Assembly: GCA_012522445.1 (NCBI GenBank)
Contig: JAAYKL010000109.1
Location: forward strand, 9,175-73,174
DNA: 64,000 bases
Origin: Myxococcales bacterium
GTDB lineage: Bacteria; Myxococcota_A; Polyangia; JAAYKL01
Direction: 5' to 3'
Part shown: positions 9,306 through 18,331 of the stretch, piece after piece
How the letters are laid out: each line of letters opens with the position of its first letter
How positions within the stretch are numbered: the stretch's first letter is position 1
Made by a program: the position numbers and the translations under genes
Notes under the pieces: model-generated
What the model saw: only the letters and a program-made list of their open reading frames with translations
Told to the model about the DNA's origin: nothing
Databases searched by the model: none

Positions 9306-11582
9306 TCAATCCGCCAAAGCAAACTTTTCTTCCAATTGGGCTCTCTTCAAGTAGCGCAGCAACGCAAGATCGCCCAGCGCCACCCCATCCGCACCCAAAT
9401 GTTGTATTTGTTCATTGCGCAGCCACGCTCGTACAGGTTGCGACGCCCGCAAGCGTTCGCCCAAAGCGGGCAACACCTCTCGGCAATAACGCAATTTGCG
9501 ATCCAGCGGAACCATGTCCGGCAGATCAAAAATTTCGTCTGGGATCTCACCCCATTTCCCCTCATGTACGGCAGGACCCAAACAAAAACGCACAAACGCC
9601 TCCCCTAGACCCTCTGCAATGGCATTAAATTGTTCAATGGTTTCATTGAGTTGTGTTTCACTTGGTCGTGTATTGTCTGGGTTAGGTATCAAATTATGCT
9701 CGGTATCATTTGGGATACTGTCGGTGGAGCGAGGTTCCGGTACCTCGATATAAATTTTGGTCTTGGGTTCCGTTCCCGAGGGACGCACCACCACCCGCGC
9801 TTCCTGCCCCTTTTCGTTGCGCAGCCAAAATTGCAACACATTGCGGTTGCTCCCATCGCTTTCACTGAGCAAAGGTCCACCATAAACGCGGTGATCGCGG
9901 AATTCCACGACGCGCATCCCCCCGATTTCATTGGGGGGAGCGGTGCGTAACACCTGTTGAATGTGGGCCATCCGCTCCATTCCCTCAATCCCTTCCATCA
10001 CCAGATTGCGCTGCACATGGGCAAAATAACCGTAATCGCGGTAAATATCGCGCAAATAGTCGTAAATGGTGCGCTGTTGCGCCTGCAATTCGCTGGCGAG
10101 CCCTGCCAAAAACACACCGGCGCCGCAAGCGTCTTTGTCCCGCACTTGCGCCGATAACAAAAAGCCGTGGGCCTCTTCGGTGGTGAACAAAAAATCATCC
10201 ACCGTGGCCTGGCAACTGTCCATGCCGGGAAATGGCGCCTCCACGGGATATCGCCCCGCGGTCTCCAGAGCGTGCAGGACATTGCCCATATATTTGAACC
10301 CCACCATGAGATCGCCCACCACCTGCAGCCCATTGTGCCGCGCAATGCGGCGCTGCAGCGACGATGTGACGATGGTGTTGATGAATAGGGTTTGTGCGCT
10401 GAGGCGCCCATTTCGCCGTGCTTCGTCGATGCGCGCCTGCAAAATAATGGCCCCAATTTCATTGCCGGTGATAAATCGCGTCGTTGCTGGGCCGGTTCTC
10501 ACGATGAGGCCCAACCGATCGGCATCCGGATCGGTGGCCAAACCGATGGCGCACTGCTTGTCGAGGACCACCGCCTTGAGATGTCCCAAAACCGCGGGAA
10601 TTTCGGGGTTTCCCGTGCGGTAACGCACGCCGGGAAAGTCCCCATCTGGCGCCATTTCGGCCTGTACGGGATGCACTGGGAACTCCAATTCCACCAAGCT
10701 GCGGTACAAACTTTCGCCCCCCACCCCATTGAGCGGGGTGAAGGCAATGGGGGCGCAACGCAATGGGCTGGGGCAAAGCGCTTGGTTTAGCGCGATGTAG
10801 GCGTCTCGGTGCTGGGGTGAAATAAACTGAATGAAACCATCAAGGCGGGCGCGTTCATAAGGCATTTTTTGCACCGCGCGCACTTTTTCGACAAAGGCCA
10901 GCAATTGTTCATCGTGTGGGGGCACCTCCTGACCGCCAGCCCCATTGTAAAACTTGCCCCCATTGTCGTCGGGCGGGTTGTGCGATGCGGACACATTTAG
11001 CCCGCCATCGGCCCCCAATCTGCGGATCAAAAACGACAGCTCCGGCGTCGATATATAATGTGTTGTGCGCGGCAGTTGCGGCCCTTCGTCGGCCATGGGC
11101 CCCACCACCCATGCCTGAATGCCATTTCCGGCATAAACCTCGGCCGCAGAACGCGCCAAGTCCAATGACGAGAGCCCCAACAAAATCCCCGCCGACGGGC
11201 CATAGACGCGTCGGTGATCGGAAAACGCCCGCACGTCCCAGGCCAAGACCACCGACAGCTTTCGGGGTTCTTTGTAAATCGACCGCAGGTAATCGCAGTG
11301 CCCCTGCACGGAAAAATCAAAGGTCACCGCGTTGATGCGGTTGGGACCCACCCCGACGGCACCCCGGCGACCGCCCGTGCCAAACGGCATCAAGCGATAA
11401 AAACAATCGAGCAGCTCTTTCCAGTTTTTTGTTGCGACCAAGTAATCGATCAACGCCCAATACGGCTGGTAGGCCACATCGTTTTGCCAAGCCGCAATAT
11501 TGGACAACGCGCTCTGGACAGCGTCCGGGCGAGCGTTTAATGACAGAAATCCTTCTTTTATCTCCGCTAATTTCGGCGCCAC
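9306..11582 (-). CDS. Phosphoglucomutase/phosphomannomutase family protein with C-terminal extension
   Basis: FGTGGRRG, SASHNP (catalytic Ser), DPDADR metal loop, TEEAHG, RPSGTEPK. Confidence 0.9.
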   Translation of the reverse strand: MAPKLAEIKEGFLSLNARPDAVQSALSNIAAWQNDVAYQPYWALIDYLVATKNWKELLDCFYRLMPFGTGGRRGAVGVGPNRINAVTFDFSVQGHCDYLRSIYKEPRKLSVVLAWDVRAFSDHRRVYGPSAGILLGLSSLDLARSAAEVYAGNGIQAWVVGPMADEGPQLPRTTHYISTPELSFLIRRLGADGGLNVSASHNPPDDNGGKFYNGAGGQEVPPHDEQLLAFVEKVRAVQKMPYERARLDGFIQFISPQHRDAYIALNQALCPSPLRCAPIAFTPLNGVGGESLYRSLVELEFPVHPVQAEMAPDGDFPGVRYRTGNPEIPAVLGHLKAVVLDKQCAIGLATDPDADRLGLIVRTGPATTRFITGNEIGAIILQARIDEARRNGRLSAQTLFINTIVTSSLQRRIARHNGLQVVGDLMVGFKYMGNVLHALETAGRYPVEAPFPGMDSCQATVDDFLFTTEEAHGFLLSAQVRDKDACGAGVFLAGLASELQAQQRTIYDYLRDIYRDYGYFAHVQRNLVMEGIEGMERMAHIQQVLRTAPPNEIGGMRVVEFRDHRVYGGPLLSESDGSNRNVLQFWLRNEKGQEARVVVRPSGTEPKTKIYIEVPEPRSTDSIPNDTEHNLIPNPDNTRPSETQLNETIEQFNAIAEGLGEAFVRFCLGPAVHEGKWGEIPDEIFDLPDMVPLDRKLRYCREVLPALGERLRASQPVRAWLRNEQIQHLGADGVALGDLALLRYLKRAQLEEKFALAD

Positions 11583-11741
11583 ACACGACCCCTTTCCATT
11601 GGAGGAACTCCGGTAAAATGCGATGGGGACCCGGCGGCCAAAAGCGCGCGTTTCCCGCAGGTTGAATCGCCATCTTTTATATAGGAATCGCCGGTGAGAA
11701 AGCCAACTCTTGGCCGCTCTTTTTTGGGCGGGAGAATGGCG

Positions 11742-12407
11742 TCAACGCTCAATGCCATCCCGATCAGCGTGCGGCCAAATCAACCGATGCAACTGCAATT
11801 GCAACCGAAAGGGAAACGAAGACGCCAAAATCCATTCGGCGACTTGCGCGGGATCAAGACCCGCCACGGGAGAAATGAGCATTTCGGTGTGGTCGGCGAG
11901 GCGATGCTGCGCTGCCATTTGGCAGGCGAATTTGAAATCCTCTTGGTCGGTCACCACAAATTTCACTTGGTGGTGGTGCCCCGGCCGGGACAGCACCGCT
12001 ATGTTTTCGGCACAAAACCGGTGCGCCATCCTCGAGCCCGGTGTCTTGATGTCCATAATGACGACCACGCGCGGATCGATCGCCGCAATGGAAAACGCGC
12101 CGCTGGTCTCCAGCAATACGCGACACCCCTGATCGGCCAACGCGCGGAGCAACGCGTGGGTGCCCGGTTGGGCCAGGGGTTCTCCGCCCGTCACCTCAAC
12201 CAGGGACGGAGCGCCGCGCAATGCGCGCTGCACAATCGCGGATATCGGCAATGCCTCTCCCACTGCCGACCGCGCCGCCTGTGTGTCGCAATAGACGCAC
12301 GCCAGGGGGCAACCCGCCAGGCGCACAAAAACACAGGGCAGGCCCGCATAGGTCGACTCGCCCTGAATCGACGTAAAAATTGAAAAGACGCGCAGCGTGG
12401 TTTCCAT
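11742..12407 (-). CDS. queE: 7-carboxy-7-deazaguanine synthase (radical SAM)
   Basis: IFTSIQGE, CPLACVYCDT, TGGEPL, LQLQLHRLIW. Adjacent to queC. Confidence 0.92.
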   Translation of the reverse strand: METTLRVFSIFTSIQGESTYAGLPCVFVRLAGCPLACVYCDTQAARSAVGEALPISAIVQRALRGAPSLVEVTGGEPLAQPGTHALLRALADQGCRVLLETSGAFSIAAIDPRVVVIMDIKTPGSRMAHRFCAENIAVLSRPGHHHQVKFVVTDQEDFKFACQMAAQHRLADHTEMLISPVAGLDPAQVAEWILASSFPFRLQLQLHRLIWPHADRDGIER

Positions 12408-12414
12408 GCCTTAG

Positions 12415-13128
12415 CTAGTCCCCCAACAAAGGATCGGCCATGCCAGCGGCGGCGAACCCCTTTTGCCGCAGCACACAGGCATCGCAGGCACCGCAAGGCT
12501 TCCCCGCTCCATCGGGCTCGTAACACGTGTGGGTTTGTTGAAAGTCGACCCCCAAGGAGAGCCCCAATTGAATGGTTGCGGCCTTGCTCAAGTGTTGCAG
12601 CGGTGCGTGGATGCGAAATCGCTCGCCCGTTGGCGATGCACAGGTCGCTTGGTTGGCCATCTCCTCGAAGGCGTGAACAAACGCGGGACGGCAATCCGGA
12701 TAGCCGGAATAGTCGACCGACGAGACGCCGATAAATATATCGCGGGCGCCAATGGCTTCGGCCAGTGACAATGCCAGTGACAAAAAAACCGCGTTTCGCG
12801 CAGGCACATAGGTGGCCGGCACATTCGGCGCTGGCGCTGGACACGGGGTTTCCGCAATGGGGACGGTCCCGGTGAGCGCCGAGCCACCAAAACTCGCCAA
12901 ATTCAACGCAAGGGTGCGGTGGGATGCCACGGCGAAGGCATTTGCCTGGTTTTGGGCCGCCAGCAGCTCCGTTTTGTGCCGCTGACCGTAGTCAAATGTT
13001 AGCGCGTGCACCTCAAATCCCATCGAAATGGCTTGGGCCAACACCGTGGTGGAATCCATTCCACCCGAAAGCAATACCACGGCTTTGCGGACATTATTTT
13101 TCGTCTGTTTTGTCATTTTTGCCGCCAC
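12415..13128 (-). CDS. queC: 7-cyano-7-deazaguanine synthase
   Basis: LSGGMDS, YGQRH, TYVPARN, YPDCRP, CGACDAC. Confidence 0.95.
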   Translation of the reverse strand: MAAKMTKQTKNNVRKAVVLLSGGMDSTTVLAQAISMGFEVHALTFDYGQRHKTELLAAQNQANAFAVASHRTLALNLASFGGSALTGTVPIAETPCPAPAPNVPATYVPARNAVFLSLALSLAEAIGARDIFIGVSSVDYSGYPDCRPAFVHAFEEMANQATCASPTGERFRIHAPLQHLSKAATIQLGLSLGVDFQQTHTCYEPDGAGKPCGACDACVLRQKGFAAAGMADPLLGD

Positions 13129-13135
13129 TCACAAG

Positions 13136-13260
13136 TTATCCGCAACCTGTGGATAACTTGTGGATAAAAAGTACGCTCTTTTCTCCACCAACTCAACCCC
13201 CCATAAAACAAGGGCTGGAGCCGCGTTGCTTTCACGTGAAACACATGGTCCTGTGGATAA
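13136..13260. promoter_or_regulatory. Cluster of DnaA boxes
   Basis: TTATCCGCA 13136-13144 (1 mismatch). Perfect TGTGGATAA at 13148-13156, 13159-13167 and 13252-13260. Confidence 0.85.
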
Positions 13261-13283
13261 CTTTGCATGTTGCACGTGAAACA
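13228..13283. promoter_or_regulatory. parS: Two parS (ParB-loading) palindromes
   Basis: GCTTTCACGTGAAACA 13228-13243 (14/16) and TGTTGCACGTGAAACA 13268-13283 (15/16) versus consensus TGTTTCACGTGAAACA. Confidence 0.85.
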
Positions 13284-13295
13284 TTTCAGAAAAAA

Positions 13296-14213
13296 CTAGA
13301 ATTGCTGTTCTAATTCTGAAAGGACTTTTTCGGTCTCAGGGTTGTCTTCGAGGGGAATAATAATGTTCAAACGGATGTGCAAATCGCCCTTCTGGGTGTT
13401 TTTTCGTATCCCGTGACCCTTAATGCGCAACTTGCGCCCTCCCTGGGTTTTCGGGGGAACCTTCAATGTCCCGTTACCCCATGGAGATTCGACTTCCACA
13501 TCGCCGCCGCGAAACGCCAAAAGGGGCGTTATGTTTTGCTCGCAGGTCAAATCCATGCCATTGCGTGTGTAGCGCGCATCGGGATGAATGCGAATTTCAA
13601 GCCGCAAATCGCCTGGAGGCCCCCCAAAAGGGCTCGCCGCGCCCTTTCCTTTCAATCGAATGCTTTGGCCGTCTTCGATGCCTTCGGGAATGCGCACTTT
13701 GATGGTGGTGGGAAGCGCAGACTCCCCAGCGAGCTGAAACGTTACCTCGCGGCCCAAAATGGCATCCATCAAATCGATGGTCAGCGTTGAAGAGATATCG
13801 GTGCCCCTGCTGGGCGGTGGGCTGGCAAAGGGTCCCCGACCGCTGCGGCCCGCGCGGTGCCCCCCAAAGAGCGTCTCGAAAATATCACCCAAATTGCCAA
13901 ACCCGGAAAATCCGCCAAAATCAGGGGAGGGCCCACCAGCGCCGGCTGCGCGTTGGTACTGTTCCCAATTGCTGGGATCAAACCCATCCCGCAAACCATC
14001 CGGGCCGTATTTGTCGTACAAGGCCCGTTTTTTCTCATCGCTCAATACGGTGTAGGCTGCGGAGACCTTTTTGAACTTCTCTTCGGCCTCCACATTGCCC
14101 TTGGTTTTGTCGGGGTGATATTCGCGCGCCAAGCGCCGGTACGCCTTTTTGATTTCATCGGGTGTCGCGTCTCGGTTCAAACCGAGTTCTGTATACAAAT
14201 CATCGTGTCTCAT
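13296..14213 (-). CDS. DnaJ class B (CbpA-like) co-chaperone
   Basis: J domain with HPD, G/F region, C-terminal DnaJ domain, no zinc finger. GAGGTG RBS. Confidence 0.9.
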   Translation of the reverse strand: MRHDDLYTELGLNRDATPDEIKKAYRRLAREYHPDKTKGNVEAEEKFKKVSAAYTVLSDEKKRALYDKYGPDGLRDGFDPSNWEQYQRAAGAGGPSPDFGGFSGFGNLGDIFETLFGGHRAGRSGRGPFASPPPSRGTDISSTLTIDLMDAILGREVTFQLAGESALPTTIKVRIPEGIEDGQSIRLKGKGAASPFGGPPGDLRLEIRIHPDARYTRNGMDLTCEQNITPLLAFRGGDVEVESPWGNGTLKVPPKTQGGRKLRIKGHGIRKNTQKGDLHIRLNIIIPLEDNPETEKVLSELEQQF

Positions 14214-14351
14214 CGTCTTGCACCTCACTGCAAAGCTATGCACCAAACGCCGTGGGTATAGGGCAACAAAATGCACCAAAAAAGAAGCGAGAAGGTGAAG
14301 TTTTCTGGATGCAGTCTTTTTATTGATCCGGGCTTATGCTAACAGTGTTTT

Positions 14352-15074
14352 ATGGTTCAACCCCAAAATGCCATTCCGCATCACATCGGTATTATTATGG
14401 ACGGAAATGGGCGGTGGGCGAAAGCGCGGGGCCTGCCCCGGGTCGCCGGACATCGCGCAGGGGCGCATGCGGTGGATCGCGTTGTCTCTGCCTGTAGGGC
14501 GCGCGGCATTTCCGCATTGACCCTCTATGCTTTTTCTTCGCAAAATTGGCAACGCCCTTCGCTCGAAGTGCAGGCACTGATGGGGCTGTTGGGCGACTAC
14601 CTGCGAAAAGAGCGCGAAAAAATCCTGCAAAACAACATTCGACTTCACGCCATTGGCGCCCTCTCGCGTCTACCCGCCAAAACCCGCGCCGCCCTCCGCG
14701 AGCTCATGGACGCCTCAAGAGACAACACGGGCATGGTGCTCACCTTGGCCCTCTCCTACAGCGGACACGAAGAAATTGTCGCCGCCGCCCAACAGGTGGC
14801 CGCGCGCGTTGCCAACGGCGAGTTGTCCCCCGACCAAATCGACGAAACCGTTTTTGCGGAAGCCACATGGTCGGGATGGCTCGGTCCCCTCGATCTGCTC
14901 ATCCGCACCTCTGGCGAACTGCGCCTCTCCAACTTTATGTTGTATAGCGTGGCCTACGCCGAACTGGTCTTCACCCCCAAAATGTGGCCGGACTTTGCCG
15001 AATCCGATCTGGACGAAGCCTTGGCTGCTTATGCTTGCCGGGAGCGGCGCTTCGGAGATATTACCTGCTCATGA
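14352..15074 (+). CDS. uppS: Undecaprenyl diphosphate synthase
   Basis: HIGIIMDGNGRWA, YAFSSQNWQR, IRTSGELRLSNF. Confidence 0.96.
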   Translation: MVQPQNAIPHHIGIIMDGNGRWAKARGLPRVAGHRAGAHAVDRVVSACRARGISALTLYAFSSQNWQRPSLEVQALMGLLGDYLRKEREKILQNNIRLHAIGALSRLPAKTRAALRELMDASRDNTGMVLTLALSYSGHEEIVAAAQQVAARVANGELSPDQIDETVFAEATWSGWLGPLDLLIRTSGELRLSNFMLYSVAYAELVFTPKMWPDFAESDLDEALAAYACRERRFGDITCS

Positions 15075-15889
15075 ACAACTTGACGCTGCGCATTATCACT
15101 GCCCTGCTCATCTTGCCCGTCGTATTGGCCATTTTGTTTTGGGCCCCCGTCGACGGTTTCGCCTTGGCCGCAGTGCTGACCGCCGCCATCGCCGGATGGG
15201 AATTTGGCAACATCACCCTCTCCGCCTCTCCGCCCCCCATGCGCTTCTTTCTGGCGGGCGTCAGCGCCATGGTGGCGGCGTCATTGGCGTTCCGAAATGC
15301 CGTCCCGGATGCCCCGACCATCGTATTGATTACCGTGGCGCCCCTGTTCATGACCACTTTTATGTTTTCGATCAAAACCGAAAAGAAAATCGCCGCGGCC
15401 GATAGCGCCTTTGCCACCCTGGGTGCCATCTACACCGGCGCCTTGTTTGGTGCCATGGCGATGATGGTCCGCGAAGCCACGCATGATTTGGGGCGCTACT
15501 GGTTCTTTGCGCTCCTGGCCACCACCACCTTCAACGATACCTTTGCCTATGCGTTTGGGCGGCGTTTTGGCAAACGAAAGATGGCGCCGGCCATCAGTCC
15601 AGCAAAGACGTGGGCTGGTGCGGTGGGCGGGGCGTTGGGCGCGGTGATCGCCATGGTGGCGTGCCAATTCATCTTCTTGCCTTCCCTGCCTCTGTGGAAG
15701 GCCCCCCTCATCGGTCTCGCCGTCGGCGTGGCCGCGCAAACTGGCGATTTGGCCGAATCCTTTATTAAGCGCGCCTTTCAAGTCAAGGACTCGGGGCGCA
15801 TCATTCCCGGGCATGGCGGCATCCTCGATCGCTGCGATGCGCTGATGTTTGGCGCACCCGTCATGCTGTTTTTTGCCCTCACACATTGA
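15071..15889 (+). CDS. cdsA: Phosphatidate cytidylyltransferase
   Basis: Multi-TM protein. DTFAY..G, SPAKTW, GDLAES.IKR..VKDSG.IIPGHGGILDRCD. ATGA overlap with uppS. Confidence 0.95.
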   Translation: MNNLTLRIITALLILPVVLAILFWAPVDGFALAAVLTAAIAGWEFGNITLSASPPPMRFFLAGVSAMVAASLAFRNAVPDAPTIVLITVAPLFMTTFMFSIKTEKKIAAADSAFATLGAIYTGALFGAMAMMVREATHDLGRYWFFALLATTTFNDTFAYAFGRRFGKRKMAPAISPAKTWAGAVGGALGAVIAMVACQFIFLPSLPLWKAPLIGLAVGVAAQTGDLAESFIKRAFQVKDSGRIIPGHGGILDRCDALMFGAPVMLFFALTH

Positions 15890-15895
15890 CCTGAG

Positions 15896-18331
15896 ATGCG
15901 AACGCGACTGCCATATTTTGCAATGGTATGGCTTTGCGGCTGTGTCCCTGCCCTATTATCCACACCCCCATCCACACCCCACACACACAGCGCAGGCGCG
16001 TCCACCGAGGCGCGCAGCCCCGAGCCCACACTGCGCTGCGAAAATCACAGCGTTGCGCTGCAGAGCTTTGCCATTCACCAAGACGGTCGGGACATTGGCC
16101 GCGAGATCCGCTCCATATGGGAAGAAGAAGGCCCCTTTGGCACCGAACGCGTCGCGTTATCGCACATGGTGCGGCAATTCCAGCGAGACGATCTGACATT
16201 CGATCGCGCCACCATCATCTCGCAGCGCATCTTAAAGGAAGACAATACATTGTTGCGCAACGCCTTTGTCACGATGGACGAAGGCGGCATCTGGCTCTCT
16301 CTGGTGGGCTTTGATGGCGATGGCTGGCAGCGGATTCACGAAGAGAAACACACCATACGAGACAACATTCGCACCAAACCCACCGACCTAGACCTACCGG
16401 AGGAGGTGCTCATCGGCTTCGATTTAAATGCCCATATGCGTCTTGTGGCCCTGGGCCAAGAATCGCCACAAGAAGGCCTAGCGCACTATGTGGCACGCAT
16501 GCAAACAACCCTGACACTCGACATTCTGCCGCCCACAACCGAAATTCTCGCATGGCAACAGCAACGCATCGAAGGGAACCGGGTCATGGCCGTCCACGCG
16601 GGCACGGATCGCGTTTGGCTGTCGCTGTTTGTTTCCAGTGATGGCATTGTCTTAGAAGAGCGCTATCCGCAACTGCACCAAGTCCGCACATTGGCACCAG
16701 GCGCCCCCACGCGGCCCACGCAAACCGCCAACCCCATTGTGGGATTGCACTCCGACACGTATCTGGCCCTGCCCGGATTGTCCACAAAGAATCGCTATCA
16801 GATTGTTTCGGACTGCGAGCTAACCTGGTCCGAAATCTCATTCCTCGATGAGCCCGCCAATCAGCGCCTCGAATCCGTCGACGCCCAAACCTTTTCTTTG
16901 ACCGTGCAGGCCGGTGGTCCGAGCGGCAGCGCTGAGCCCACATCCCGCGACTTGGACGACAATCGCTACATTGAAACCGCTTCGCCGCTCATCACGCAGG
17001 CCCTGCAATACCTAAAATCCGCCGGCGCCGAGGGCCAACTTCCCCCGCACCGCAAAGAAAATGCCCTAGCCGTCGTTTCGGAGCTGGGCCAACTGGCCCA
17101 GCGCAGCGCCATCTGGAAATCCCCCGACCAAACAGCCCGCTGGTTGATGCGATACGTCTACGACATCTTGCCGGACAAGGCACACACGCACACGATGAAA
17201 ACCGCCACGCAAGCCCTCCTCGATGGTCAGGGCGACTGCACCGAACACTCTGTTTTGTTCGCGGCGATCATGCGGGCAGCGGGCATCCCCACCCGCTTGG
17301 TGTCCGGGGTGTACTTGGCCCGCGGTGGTGCGTGGATCTACCATATGTGGAACGAATACTGGGACGGCCACCGCTGGCAGTCCATCGACACCGCCGTGGG
17401 TCCCACCTTCCGGACCGGCGCCCACTACATCGCGCTGGGCCCCGGCGTATCGGACTTTGCCGACCACCGAGACAAAATCGCCTTCTTCCTCGATACGGCC
17501 TTTTCGGGATTTGCCATTCACCTCACCGAAGCCACGGCCAACGGACAGATATTGCACTTGGTCACCCCCACGCGCCACAATATCGCCCTGTCCGACAAAA
17601 CCATCTTTGCCGCCACCGCGGCGCTCAAGCGCGGCGAAGCCAATCGGGCATTGCAAATCGTGACCCAACAAAGCCACGGCGCGCACCCGCCCCTGCAGTT
17701 GCAAATACTCACCGCCGAGCTGCTCTACCAAAACGAGCGCTACGACGAGGCCCTCCATGCCATCCACGCCCTGCGGCGCATTACATCGCTGCCGGTAAAC
17801 GTGGTGTTTTTGGACCGCCTGGAGCACCGCATTTTGCTCGATGTCAAACGCTTCCGAGAGGCCGAAAGCATCGTGAAACACCTGTGCACCCCGGCCATGC
17901 ACCACTTGCCGGGATGTGCGCAAATGCGCGCCAGCGGACTGGCCGCCGAAGGGGCGTTTTCCGAGGCCCTCGATATCCTCGAACACGCTCTGGCGCAACA
18001 ACCCGACGACATCGAGCTGCGCACGGCGGTGGTGGCATTGCTCGCTCATCCAGGCGCCGCTTTTTCTGCAGAAGAACAGCAGCGCGGCATCGCCATGGGC
18101 CGAAAATTGCTCCTCGACACCCATTATGCCGATAGCGATGCGCTGGTCGCGGTGACGCAACTGCTCCTGCGCACGCAGCACGTCGACCGGGGCACCGCCA
18201 AACTGTTTCACACCCAGCTACTGGTTCCGGGCAACCCGGCACTCCAACAGTGGCGGCGCACCATCATTCGGCAGTGTCCCAACCACTTTTGGGAACCCTC
18301 ATTGCCGCCCGTTGTGTCGCAGCAACACTAG
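15896..18331 (+). CDS. Transglutaminase-like domain lipoprotein with C-terminal TPRs
   Basis: LCGC lipobox-like N-terminus. GDCTEH, YHMWNEY, IDTA triad. TPR-like helical repeats. Confidence 0.8.
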   Translation: MRTRLPYFAMVWLCGCVPALLSTPPSTPHTHSAGASTEARSPEPTLRCENHSVALQSFAIHQDGRDIGREIRSIWEEEGPFGTERVALSHMVRQFQRDDLTFDRATIISQRILKEDNTLLRNAFVTMDEGGIWLSLVGFDGDGWQRIHEEKHTIRDNIRTKPTDLDLPEEVLIGFDLNAHMRLVALGQESPQEGLAHYVARMQTTLTLDILPPTTEILAWQQQRIEGNRVMAVHAGTDRVWLSLFVSSDGIVLEERYPQLHQVRTLAPGAPTRPTQTANPIVGLHSDTYLALPGLSTKNRYQIVSDCELTWSEISFLDEPANQRLESVDAQTFSLTVQAGGPSGSAEPTSRDLDDNRYIETASPLITQALQYLKSAGAEGQLPPHRKENALAVVSELGQLAQRSAIWKSPDQTARWLMRYVYDILPDKAHTHTMKTATQALLDGQGDCTEHSVLFAAIMRAAGIPTRLVSGVYLARGGAWIYHMWNEYWDGHRWQSIDTAVGPTFRTGAHYIALGPGVSDFADHRDKIAFFLDTAFSGFAIHLTEATANGQILHLVTPTRHNIALSDKTIFAATAALKRGEANRALQIVTQQSHGAHPPLQLQILTAELLYQNERYDEALHAIHALRRITSLPVNVVFLDRLEHRILLDVKRFREAESIVKHLCTPAMHHLPGCAQMRASGLAAEGAFSEALDILEHALAQQPDDIELRTAVVALLAHPGAAFSAEEQQRGIAMGRKLLLDTHYADSDALVAVTQLLLRTQHVDRGTAKLFHTQLLVPGNPALQQWRRTIIRQCPNHFWEPSLPPVVSQQH

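Noticed and set aside
11742-13128. queC/queE as a DNA 7-deazaguanine (Dpd) modification system together with the DUF1998 helicase
   Set aside because: No dpdA/tgt-like gene, the genes are 17 kb apart, and the context is housekeeping. Ordinary queuosine synthesis is the simpler reading.
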